From a virus, in the IMG/VR virus record IMGVR_UViG_3300045988_181101: a DNA stretch of 64,000 nt; one strand, written 5' to 3'. The notes under the pieces are model-generated. The model made no database searches. It saw only the letters and a list, made by a program, of their open reading frames with translations, and was not told the origin of the DNA. This document shows positions 1 through 8,888 of this stretch, in pieces. Position numbers and translations under genes: made by a program. How positions within the stretch are numbered: the stretch's first letter is position 1; every line of letters starts with the position of its first letter.

Positions 1-668
1 ACAGCTTCAAGTGGAGCTATTATAGTTAAATTTAAATTGTACTCCCAAATCATATTCTTTTGTAATGATTGATTAAAACTTACTCCTCCAGGTGGAACAG
101 TAACAAGATAACTCTCACCCAACGCCATATTATAGAAGTATAATCTGAAAGGTTTCCCGTTCTCATCAAGACCATTACTCTTATCTATTATACTCTGCAA
201 TATCTTTATGCATCCATATCCTGTTTTAACCCCTACATCAAAAGAAACTCCTTTTAGTGAAGAAGTATTCTTTCCTTGAATTTGAAATAACTTTCTCTTT
301 CCTGCTGAAATTGAAAAAGCAATTCCTTGCAATGCAGGTGCATTCCCATTCAACAAAATCTTAAACATTCTTCCAAAATTACCTTGAATAGAAATCGTTT
401 GAGCTACAGCAGTAGGTGATGTTAAAACAACCAAACCTCCCAATGTATTCTTAACAGAATTTCTTTTAGGCTCATTCTTATTAATATTGTCAGGCATTAC
501 AGGAAACGTAAAAAAATCTATAGTATTCCCACTTGAATTGACCAATTCAAGAGAACACATATAATATTCAAAATCATCAGGATATTGAGTCGCAAGTAAC
601 GACCTCCCAAGATTTTGAATCATATTCAACGCTTTTGATGTGGCAGTATTTGCTATCCCTGAAGCCAT
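1..668 (-). CDS. baseplate/tail structural protein, C-terminal part lies beyond window edge
   Basis: Hand translation: ATG at 666-668 (minus) opens an uninterrupted frame to position 1 (MASGIANTATSKALNMIQNLGRS...). It is absent from the ORF track because no stop lies in the window. It sits directly downstream of the spike-like gene in the tail operon. Confidence 0.55.
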   Translation of the reverse strand, partial: MASGIANTATSKALNMIQNLGRSLLATQYPDDFEYYMCSLELVNSSGNTIDFFTFPVMPDNINKNEPKRNSVKNTLGGLVVLTSPTAVAQTISIQGNFGRMFKILLNGNAPALQGIAFSISAGKRKLFQIQGKNTSSLKGVSFDVGVKTGYGCIKILQSIIDKSNGLDENGKPFRLYFYNMALGESYLVTVPPGGVSFNQSLQKNMIWEYNLNLTIIAPLEA

Positions 669-721
669 TCTATTAAATTTTGTTGTTAAAAATACAAAGA
701 ATATGAATATCAAACAAATTT

Positions 722-1843
722 TTAATCCGAAAAAGTTGTTTGACTCTTAATATCACTAAAATCAATTTGAACGATAGATGAAACAGAAGTTGCGCCTGCT
801 GCAAAACCTGAAGCACCTCCATCTTGAGGTTTAACACTTGCTGCAGCTTGCGACCAAGCCATCTTTAACGTATTTATTTGATTTTGTAATTCATTGATTT
901 TTTCAATTAAAGTTTCAGCTAAAGTCAAAGGTTCTTTCGCATCGTTAACTTCAAATCTATTTCCTGTTAACAATTTAATCAGATTTTGACTTAATGTGAT
1001 TTTTTCTTCTCCGTTTTTATAACTTACATCAATATTATCACTATTAATAATAATCTGCTCTTCGTTTTCCTTAAAAGAAATAATAATTTGATCATCATTG
1101 ATATCTATAAACTCAGTATCATCATGTAGACTTAATCTGAATTTATCTTTATCAAAAGTTATTGTAGATGTTTTATCTTCTTCGAGCCATTTTAAAATCA
1201 AAGAAGATAAATTCATAGTTATTGACCTTTCTTCCTTCCCAGGCTCCTCTGCTTCTGATTCTACATTAACTATTTTTGAAACAATTGTATCATAACTTGT
1301 TGCATTGATTTCCTTATCTGCAATAACATTTACCTTTCCTGAAGACTGCAGTTTTATTTCAGATTCTTCATTGCCAACTGAAATAATATTGATATCTGTC
1401 TTCTCTTCTGAATTTACAGTTATATCTATTGAGCTTTCGTCTGCATTCATTTCTACACAAACAGAAGTCTTATCATTTAACTTCAAAAATCTGTGCATAT
1501 TAGAACTCCACGCAGGAGATTCGTTTCTATTTGAAACAGTTCCAATGATTATAGGTGTTGTTCGATAAGGTAACGAGGCCATTAATACTTGAGTACCTGA
1601 TCCTCCTGGTTCATCAGGAAAATCTATATTTTGAAGAGCTTCATTCGTAATCAAAACATCGTTATAAAGATTTCCTCCATCTGTAATAACAGACACCATT
1701 CCAGTTCTCCAACAAGTCTCAATATAATCTTCTTTATCTGTATTGAAAGGAATGGTTATATATCCTTTGTCTAAAGTTTCAGGAGCATTCTTTTGCTTTG
1801 TTGGTCTACCACCTCTATTATTTCTTACTAAACGTATATTCAT
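722..1843 (-). CDS. baseplate central spike (gpV/gp5-like) candidate
   Basis: 373-aa ORF downstream of the tape measure and hub-position genes. The C-terminal half consists of short repetitive beta-strand segments (IDITVNSEEKTDINIISVGNEESEIKLQSSGKVNVIADKEINAT) typical of spike beta-helices. Assigned by eye only. Confidence 0.45.
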   Translation of the reverse strand: MNIRLVRNNRGGRPTKQKNAPETLDKGYITIPFNTDKEDYIETCWRTGMVSVITDGGNLYNDVLITNEALQNIDFPDEPGGSGTQVLMASLPYRTTPIIIGTVSNRNESPAWSSNMHRFLKLNDKTSVCVEMNADESSIDITVNSEEKTDINIISVGNEESEIKLQSSGKVNVIADKEINATSYDTIVSKIVNVESEAEEPGKEERSITMNLSSLILKWLEEDKTSTITFDKDKFRLSLHDDTEFIDINDDQIIISFKENEEQIIINSDNIDVSYKNGEEKITLSQNLIKLLTGNRFEVNDAKEPLTLAETLIEKINELQNQINTLKMAWSQAAASVKPQDGGASGFAAGATSVSSIVQIDFSDIKSQTTFSD

Positions 1844-1848
1844 AGTCT

Positions 1849-4086
1849 TTATTGTTCAAACATTTTTCTATTCAGGAAGTATTCGAATTGTTCTTTTACT
1901 ACTGTAGCTTTACTATTTATAGATGTTGCTGGATTTCCACTTTTATCTATACTTTCAATAGCTTGTCTCAACCATTCAATATCAACAATAGAAAAATAAT
2001 CAGGTTGAAAATTCTTTCCTTGTATAGAGGCACTTGATTCTACATATATATCTGTACCAGGAAACGAATTATCTTTCCGAAGTCGTCCTACAAATTTAGG
2101 ATCTGCATGATTCAATATAGAGAAATTCATTCCTCTTTCAACATTTAAAATTGTTCTTCTATCTATAGATGTATCTGAAAATTCAACTGTATTCGTTACT
2201 CCTATCACATAGAACAATTCATTTGTTGCTTCATTCTTTATGAAAGTTCCAACCTTAATTCTTCTGTCTCCACATAAAGTAATTGTACCTCTTCTTGTGA
2301 AAGGTAAATAAGCAGTGGATTCTACAAGATATAATAAATCATTTAATGCTGCACGTTGATAATTAACTTGTTCTGTAATATCTTTATTATCTTTCTTACC
2401 ATTTACATGTAAATAAATATCCCCAACTTCTAATTTCTTATTACCAAAATATTGAGCATATTCGGGAATAAAGATAATCGGTACCATAGCAAGAGAAGTT
2501 TCTTTTGTATTAGCTGTCCAAGAATTTTGAGCATATACTTGATACCAAGAATAAAATCTTGTATCATAATCTAAACTCATATCGTAAACATCTCTTGCTT
2601 CTATCGTTATATACGTTTTTGCCTCTATAATTTCACTTATAGCTTTCTTATTATGTGGAGGTTGTCTTACTGTTAAATCAATTGTATCTTTGTAAGTATC
2701 AAAAAAGAATTCTATAAATGGTTGTTGACAAACTCTTTGCATCAAAGACATTAAAGTACCGTTAGGATTACCAAAACTCGAATCTACAAGAATTCTATTT
2801 GTGCAAGCTTCGTCTAAATAAACTTGGACTATCTGCCATATACCATTGACAGTCATCTCTCTTACACCGTCAATATGAAATGATTTTGTTCTTCTTTCTT
2901 TCCATGCAGAAAATAAGTCTTCTTTTACTATTCCAAGATTTGAACAAACATTGATTATAAACCATATTGTTTCTGTTATAGTTTTGAACCCGCTTGTCCA
3001 AATAAAATCATAACAACCTGTAAGAGCATTTCTTTGAAAAAACAATGAACTATTGTCACCGTAAATAGTAAATTGATCGCTACCTGAAACATCTTTCAAA
3101 GGTAAGAAATAGCTACCATCGTCTTCTAAAAGTTTACTCATATCTCTTCCGTCTATCGAAATGTATCGAGATGTATCTTCTGCACCTGTATGAATTGAGC
3201 ATTTATCAACAAAACCTATCATGTCCCATAGATTTTTATCTGAAGGAAGATTTTCTTTTTCAATAATTAAAGTATCAGATTCCGAATCTTGTTCCTTTTG
3301 TAATCTTTCGAACCTAATAAATACTATATCGTTAAACTGACAAAACTTTTCTATGAAATCTTTTATATGATACTTGTTACTTGTTATTGTATTAAAGACT
3401 TCTATATAAGACGATCCAATCTTTTGAATAGAAGGATTTCTAAACGGTGCTAAAGTTATATTAAAACTACCGGTTTCAAGAGTTTTATCAGTGCTTAAAC
3501 TCATTAGAAAAGGGCTTACATCTATTATAGAATTAATTGCTTTACAATAAATATAAACACGTGCATTTATAGGAATGATTTGAGTTACGAGACCTTGTTC
3601 ACTTTGAGTCGTTATATTTTCAAAAGCGTGTTCTCCAGTCTTATCACCTACATAAGTTTCATCGTTTATAACATCTTCATAATGTTGACTCCATAATGTT
3701 TGATAATCTGTTTGAATAAAATGTCTATCCTTATTGATTCTGTCTTTGATTACAAGAGTCAATTCAGTAGCAGGTAACCTTAAAATCGTCCCTTTCTTTA
3801 TATATGGTAAAACTCCGTTATTATAGTCGTTCTTATATTTAGCTTGTTCGAGTCTATCGTACATTTTCCAAGCTGCATCAAGATTTGTTATATCTCCCTC
3901 CTTCTTAGCTGTAGAACTTGATTGTTCAGAATTTTCTTGCTGCTCATAAGGATATTGAAATAATTTTTTCGAATCAAATACTTCACCTCCTTGAGGAACA
4001 TTTCTCTGCCAATCCTTAACTATTTCATCAGGAGTCATCTCCTTTTTTACTTGCCATGCAAAATAATTCTTTATAGCCATAATCAA
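1849..4086 (-). CDS. large tail/baseplate hub-position structural protein
   Basis: 745-aa ORF whose start overlaps the tape measure stop by 4 nt. The call rests on position only. Confidence 0.4.
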   Translation of the reverse strand: MIMAIKNYFAWQVKKEMTPDEIVKDWQRNVPQGGEVFDSKKLFQYPYEQQENSEQSSSTAKKEGDITNLDAAWKMYDRLEQAKYKNDYNNGVLPYIKKGTILRLPATELTLVIKDRINKDRHFIQTDYQTLWSQHYEDVINDETYVGDKTGEHAFENITTQSEQGLVTQIIPINARVYIYCKAINSIIDVSPFLMSLSTDKTLETGSFNITLAPFRNPSIQKIGSSYIEVFNTITSNKYHIKDFIEKFCQFNDIVFIRFERLQKEQDSESDTLIIEKENLPSDKNLWDMIGFVDKCSIHTGAEDTSRYISIDGRDMSKLLEDDGSYFLPLKDVSGSDQFTIYGDNSSLFFQRNALTGCYDFIWTSGFKTITETIWFIINVCSNLGIVKEDLFSAWKERRTKSFHIDGVREMTVNGIWQIVQVYLDEACTNRILVDSSFGNPNGTLMSLMQRVCQQPFIEFFFDTYKDTIDLTVRQPPHNKKAISEIIEAKTYITIEARDVYDMSLDYDTRFYSWYQVYAQNSWTANTKETSLAMVPIIFIPEYAQYFGNKKLEVGDIYLHVNGKKDNKDITEQVNYQRAALNDLLYLVESTAYLPFTRRGTITLCGDRRIKVGTFIKNEATNELFYVIGVTNTVEFSDTSIDRRTILNVERGMNFSILNHADPKFVGRLRKDNSFPGTDIYVESSASIQGKNFQPDYFSIVDIEWLRQAIESIDKSGNPATSINSKATVVKEQFEYFLNRKMFEQ

Positions 4087-6656
4087 TCACGTTCTAAAGT
4101 TATCGTTGTCCTTTGTAATTTCTGAACAGATTCTTTGAAAATATTAGCACTTTCTTTTAAAGTTTGACTAAAACTATTAAAATCAGTTACACCTGGGAAT
4201 GCTGTTTGTAACAACGCATTGGAATTGTTTTCAAATTCTTGAATCTTTTTATTTTCGTATTCAGAACTTATTCCAGCTTGCATTAAACCAACTTTAGCAA
4301 TACTACTCATATTAGATTCCATCGGCCTTGCTTGCATTTTCATATATGCTGCAGACAACCAGATTTTATCTAACAATTCCTTCTCTTGTTCTTCTGTAAT
4401 CTTACCTGAAGATCTTTCTTGTCTAATTCTACCACTCGCTTCTAAATATTGATTTTGCCATGGAGTATTTTTATCCCTTGGATTAAATATAGACATTCCT
4501 CTTGTCTTTTCTCTCAAATTATCATAATATTCTTCACCTGGCTTCAATTTCATATTCATATCCTGAACCTCAGCGAATATCTTTTCTAATAAGCCTACAC
4601 TTTTTTCACCAATAGCTTTCATCTGATTATCATAGGCTTTAAACATTCCTTCTATACCTACAGTACTTTCTGCAGCTCGTTTCGTATAGGTGAGTTCATT
4701 TTCAGAAAGTTTTTCAGCATTTTTTGTAATAGCTTCTTTAAACGCTTCAAAATCAATCTTATTGCCTTCTCCAAATAACTTATCAATATCCGTTGCACTT
4801 AATCCAGGTAGAAATTTCTCTAATGCGGAAAAAGTTGATTGTTTATTATAACCTGTTGCTTTTTGAATATCTTCAAGTGTACTAAATAATATATCAATAC
4901 CATTACCTTTTGTCCAATCATCTTGCATTACTTTAAAGTCAGATAATTGAGCATTAGGATTTGCTCTGAAAAACGCTCTTTGTAAAAATGCTTGTGAAAT
5001 CTCATCTCTTCCAAGATTTTGTCCTGTAAATGCTTCTTGATATCTTTCTAATTGTCTTCCTCTTGCACCTGTAACCCCTCTAACACCTGAAAGAATTGCA
5101 GCAATTCTTACAGCATCTGTTTCACCAGCTCTTGATAAAATATTTTCAGATGTCTTATTGAAAGTATTCAACGATTCTTCCATTGTAGATGCGATTTCTT
5201 CAAATGGAAGTTTCAATTCTTTCATCGTTCTTTCAAATATAGCAATTACTTCAGATCCTGAAGTTCTCTCGTTTACATTAAAACGCATAGAACCTTGTAA
5301 TGCACTTGTTGCTGAAGGACTTAGACCAAATAATCTTTCTGCTGCTAATAACGCTTGCGATTCTCCTGCACCTGTAATTCTACCACCCGATGCTCTTATT
5401 AATTGTGCTCTTCTTTCTGAATATTCACCAATATTCATACCGAGAGCCGAAGCTGCATAGGAACCTTCTTGCGATGCTATTCCTAATGCTCTTGAATTTG
5501 AAACTCCTAATGTCTGAGCTAATGAAACAAATTGATTTTGCATCTGTCTTAAAGCATTAAGACCTGTCACAGCCATTTCACCCTGAGTCTCATATTTTGT
5601 TTCTATGCTCTGAGAAATATATTTTCCAACTATAGGGATCCATCTATACCAATCTGCTTCGTTTGCTCCTGCAGTTCTAAAAGCAAGTCCAACATTTGAA
5701 ATTGGGTCTTGATATAGAGATTGAGCTTCTGCTCTTTGATTTCTTAAATATCGAGAACCAAATAAGTCGATAAATTGTCTTCCATATTTTAAAAGCTCTT
5801 GTAATGCAACAACAGTTGCACCACCTGCAATTCCTCCTCGAATACCTGGTGATCCACCTGAACCTGAAGGTTTTGTTTCTGAACCACCTCCCATTGAATT
5901 GTCTTCAATAATAGAAACAGAAGCTCCAATTGTATCAAGATATCTATTAATCAACTTTGTTTCATCGACTAACGCTCTTGTATTAGAACCAATACCTTCC
6001 AAAAAACCACTTAAAGTTGTCCTTGTAGAATGTATTGCTCCTATAATTTTATCATAGACCTCTTTATCATTATTTTCAATCTGGATGCGATTTCTACCTA
6101 AATCGATAGTTTCATCGTCTTCTCTTAACTGAACTTCTTCTCTATCTCTTGATTTAGAATTAGATTCTGACCTAAAACTTCTCAACTCGCTATAAATGTT
6201 TTTTAAAACATCTTTATCGAGTGATTCAGCATTTCTACCTTTGTCATTTGAAACAAGAAAATCACGAATAGAAACAACTGATTTTTCAGTATCTCTCATT
6301 ATATTAGCTAAATCAGAAATAGCTGAAGCAGTGGTATTTTTTCTTCCTCCTGATGAGGGTTTTCTTCCTGTAGAAGTACTTTCTCCTGAAACATCCCAAG
6401 TTAAAGAATTCTCTACATCATTATATACAGGAGCTTGAGATTGTTGTCTTTTAAGATCTGACAATATTTTTTCAAGAGAAACTTTATCAGTCATTAAAGA
6501 CAATTGTTGTCTCAATTGATTTATAGCTGCTTCGGTTGCTTGTCGAGACTTTTCTTCAGACGCATTGATTTCACGATAGAGAGATAAAATTTCATCTCTC
6601 ATCTTTCTCATCTCAGATAAATCTGCTGAAACTCGTATCTTTTTATCTTCGGCCAT
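4083..6656 (-). CDS. tail tape measure protein
   Basis: At 857 aa it is the largest ORF of the tail operon and lies after two small chaperone-position ORFs. The N-terminus is helical/coiled-coil-like and there is a Gly-rich stretch GGGSETKPSGSGGSPGIRGGIAGG. Confidence 0.75.
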   Translation of the reverse strand: MAEDKKIRVSADLSEMRKMRDEILSLYREINASEEKSRQATEAAINQLRQQLSLMTDKVSLEKILSDLKRQQSQAPVYNDVENSLTWDVSGESTSTGRKPSSGGRKNTTASAISDLANIMRDTEKSVVSIRDFLVSNDKGRNAESLDKDVLKNIYSELRSFRSESNSKSRDREEVQLREDDETIDLGRNRIQIENNDKEVYDKIIGAIHSTRTTLSGFLEGIGSNTRALVDETKLINRYLDTIGASVSIIEDNSMGGGSETKPSGSGGSPGIRGGIAGGATVVALQELLKYGRQFIDLFGSRYLRNQRAEAQSLYQDPISNVGLAFRTAGANEADWYRWIPIVGKYISQSIETKYETQGEMAVTGLNALRQMQNQFVSLAQTLGVSNSRALGIASQEGSYAASALGMNIGEYSERRAQLIRASGGRITGAGESQALLAAERLFGLSPSATSALQGSMRFNVNERTSGSEVIAIFERTMKELKLPFEEIASTMEESLNTFNKTSENILSRAGETDAVRIAAILSGVRGVTGARGRQLERYQEAFTGQNLGRDEISQAFLQRAFFRANPNAQLSDFKVMQDDWTKGNGIDILFSTLEDIQKATGYNKQSTFSALEKFLPGLSATDIDKLFGEGNKIDFEAFKEAITKNAEKLSENELTYTKRAAESTVGIEGMFKAYDNQMKAIGEKSVGLLEKIFAEVQDMNMKLKPGEEYYDNLREKTRGMSIFNPRDKNTPWQNQYLEASGRIRQERSSGKITEEQEKELLDKIWLSAAYMKMQARPMESNMSSIAKVGLMQAGISSEYENKKIQEFENNSNALLQTAFPGVTDFNSFSQTLKESANIFKESVQKLQRTTITLERD

Positions 6657-6657
6657 T

Positions 6658-7014
6658 TCACTTATTCTTTAATGCAGCATTTTCTCTTTCTTCTATCATT
6701 CTCGCTTCTTCTAAGAATGCATCGATATCATTTTCTGTGATTTCGTTAGAATGAGAATCCGAATCTAAATCATTACTTTTTAACCATTGTCCTATATTAG
6801 GAATATATTCGTCTTCTTTTATGTTGTTCTTTTTTCGTTCATATTCATCAAATAAAACATCTTCTTGAAATTCCATCATTTGATGAAAAAAAGAACATTC
6901 CCTATGAGCAGGTGACATAAATGCTATATTATGTTTCTTTCTCCACCATGAATCATAGGGAAATTCGTTATTCCATCGAATCATAAAAGCCTTTATATCT
7001 TCGACAGTTTTCAT
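6658..7014 (-). CDS. tail assembly chaperone-position protein
   Basis: 118-aa acidic ORF between the tube and tape measure genes. Position only. Confidence 0.4.
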   Translation of the reverse strand: MKTVEDIKAFMIRWNNEFPYDSWWRKKHNIAFMSPAHRECSFFHQMMEFQEDVLFDEYERKKNNIKEDEYIPNIGQWLKSNDLDSDSHSNEITENDIDAFLEEARMIEERENAALKNK

Positions 7015-7027
7015 AAATTTCTAAGTA

Positions 7028-7363
7028 TTAAGACTTCAACAAATCATATCCTTCTTTTAAGAAAGGGAAAATCTGTTCTAAATAAATCTTTCTTAATTCT
7101 TGGAAATCTTGCAAACCTAATTCACTTAATGAATGTACTTTTAGATCTTGTAATAATTGTGGACAAATAACACTAAGAGTTGCTTCAATATCAATTGCAT
7201 CTAATGCATTAGATGCAGATACAGTTGGATTTTGAAGTAAAGTGTTATAATAACCACCACTCAATCTTTGTTTATTCACTTCAATTTGATAATACTGTCC
7301 AACATTAGGAAATTGAACTGTATAATCTTTCCCTTTAATTGTAACGACTTTTTGTTCTTGCAT
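7028..7363 (-). CDS. tail assembly chaperone-position protein
   Basis: 111-aa ORF between the tube and tape measure genes. Position only. Confidence 0.4.
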   Translation of the reverse strand: MQEQKVVTIKGKDYTVQFPNVGQYYQIEVNKQRLSGGYYNTLLQNPTVSASNALDAIDIEATLSVICPQLLQDLKVHSLSELGLQDFQELRKIYLEQIFPFLKEGYDLLKS

Positions 7364-7386
7364 AACGAAATAAAATTTAATCTTGA

Positions 7387-7395
7387 TAAAGATAC
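7387..7395 (-). promoter_or_regulatory. -7 box GTATCTTTA (TAnnTTTG-like) upstream of 7028-7363
   Basis: The minus strand reads TTG-N19-TATCTTTA about 20 nt upstream of the ATG at 7363. Confidence 0.45.
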
Positions 7396-7399
7396 TAAC

Positions 7400-8314
7400 T
7401 TATTTTAAATCAACAACCTCTTTGATGTCTAAACTTTCTTTTATTATTTCAAGTAAATCTTCCCAACCATCAGGAAGACTATCTTTCTTTTTGTTATTTT
7501 CTTTAGCCCATAATGGTTGTAGATTTCTGTAATTAAAACAAATACGTTGATGAGTAGGATTTGAAAAGTCAAATTTAGCACATGGTATAATGTGATCGAT
7601 CTGCCAATTTTTCTCACCACTTCCTAAATTGTCCCAGGTCATTCCTTCTGCGAATTGTTGTTCGAGATGAACTTTCAGTTCATCGAGAGAACAACCAAGA
7701 AGATTAAGTGTATGATTTGATTTACAATTGTTACGAATAGCATAATAAATTCTTGTTCGTAACAATTTTCCTATTCTATAACTTTCGTCTCGTTTATATT
7801 TATCATTCTGATATTTATTCAATTTTCCGTTTAAGATTCTTTTCATATATACTGAACGTCTAACTTCTTTACCTTTCTCTGTTTGTTCATATTTCTCATT
7901 ACTTCTTTTTAATGCTGCTTTACCTTTCTCTGAATGAAAATATTTACTTTGAGACTCTTTATGTGCAGACGATTTTCTATATTCAAGTTCGCGTTGAATA
8001 CCTCGATCTGATTCTCTATATTTTTTCTTCGATCTTTTATAAACTTCTTTACCTTTCTCTGTTTTTTGAAAATTTTGTGTTGTTCTTTTTTGACACGCTT
8101 TACCTTTCTCTGTTTGATAATATTTCTTCCTTGCTTTCTTCGCAACATTTTTACCTGATTCTGATTTTCTATAATTAGCTTCACATTCTTTACACCTACT
8201 ATTTAAACCGTCAGATTTAGATTTATCTTTATTAAATCTACTTATCGGAAGTTCTCTTTTACACTTTGGACAAACTTTTGTTCCTATTTCAAAATTTGCT
8301 TTTGCCATATACAT
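7400..8314 (-). CDS. HNH (His-Me finger) homing-type endonuclease with N-terminal zinc ribbon and basic EKGK repeats
   Basis: N-terminal zinc ribbon CPKCKRELPISRFNKDKSKSDGLNSRCKEC and C-terminal WQIDHIIPCAKF...NLQPLWAKENNKK. Paralog of 52039-52683. It is inserted between the tube and chaperone genes. Confidence 0.8.
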   Translation of the reverse strand: MYMAKANFEIGTKVCPKCKRELPISRFNKDKSKSDGLNSRCKECEANYRKSESGKNVAKKARKKYYQTEKGKACQKRTTQNFQKTEKGKEVYKRSKKKYRESDRGIQRELEYRKSSAHKESQSKYFHSEKGKAALKRSNEKYEQTEKGKEVRRSVYMKRILNGKLNKYQNDKYKRDESYRIGKLLRTRIYYAIRNNCKSNHTLNLLGCSLDELKVHLEQQFAEGMTWDNLGSGEKNWQIDHIIPCAKFDFSNPTHQRICFNYRNLQPLWAKENNKKKDSLPDGWEDLLEIIKESLDIKEVVDLK

Positions 8315-8337
8315 TCTAACTACTTATACCTTAAATA

Positions 8338-8375
8338 AATATCAAAAAATATGGCAATAAACATTGCCATATTTT
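8338..8375 (-). terminator. rho-independent terminator after tail tube gene
   Basis: 13-bp perfect stem AAAATATGGCAAT/ATTGCCATATTTT (8346-8358 and 8363-8375) with a 4-nt loop, running into a T tract on the minus strand. Confidence 0.7.
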
Positions 8376-8384
8376 CTCTGATTA

Positions 8385-8870
8385 TCAGAGATTTAATGTT
8401 GAAATTGGGTTCAAATAAATTCCTGAAACGTTATAAGAAGCGATTCCGTTCTCTGCTATAGAGAAGGTTTGTCCATTAACGTAACATGGATTCAACTGAC
8501 AAATCGTTTCACCTGTAGGATCTGTTGCAGTTACAAGACCCGTAGTTTCATCTTTAGTTGAGATCAACTTCCTGTATACTGTAATAGCAAATCCAAGTTC
8601 TCCAAGAACCAATGTATCAAGAACTGCTTTCACAGAACCTAATCTATGAATCATTCCTTCTACAACAGGTTGTTTGAAACTAATGAAAAATTGATCAACT
8701 GTAAAATTACATTGATATCCAACTGCAGGAACTTCTTGTAGAGTCAAATTTCCTAAACCTTGAACATTCGCTCTTTGAACGTTCTCAGTACATTGCAGGT
8801 TACGTACATAACCTGCAATTTGATTATTTATTCTAATAAACGCCTGAGGCGCTGAAAATACTGTCGCCAT
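8385..8870 (-). CDS. tail tube protein
   Basis: 161-aa ORF immediately after the sheath gene and followed by a strong terminator. Based on size and position. Confidence 0.6.
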   Translation of the reverse strand: MATVFSAPQAFIRINNQIAGYVRNLQCTENVQRANVQGLGNLTLQEVPAVGYQCNFTVDQFFISFKQPVVEGMIHRLGSVKAVLDTLVLGELGFAITVYRKLISTKDETTGLVTATDPTGETICQLNPCYVNGQTFSIAENGIASYNVSGIYLNPISTLNL

Positions 8871-8888
8871 ATTCTTTTAATTTAAAGA

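Noticed and set aside
5158-5460. Plus-strand ORFs of 60-116 aa scattered through the window. Examples are 1098-1295, 1305-1568, 5158-5460, 6196-6438, 15833-16105, 21226-21507, 28581-28868, 29460-29774, 35678-35941, 37889-38239, 38425-38821, 42649-42978 and 57393-57647.
   Set aside because: All lie antisense within long, well-supported minus-strand genes. Their composition is low-complexity and Phe/Ile/Ser-rich, as expected from AT-rich antisense frames. None has a promoter box.
7015-7027. Programmed -1 frameshift between the two tail-chaperone-position ORFs (G/GT type)
   Set aside because: The downstream frame is closed by a TAG (3 codons before its ATG) that lies after the upstream stop. 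No fusion product is therefore possible, and no slippery heptamer was seen.
7909-8184. Alternative-frame ORFs on both strands inside the HNH gene. Similar out-of-frame minus-strand ORFs occur at 15559-15762, 26263-26526 and 39447-39674.
   Set aside because: They are embedded in longer ORFs that carry recognisable motifs. The pair in the HNH gene is an artefact of the tandem CTTTACCTTTCTCTG repeats.
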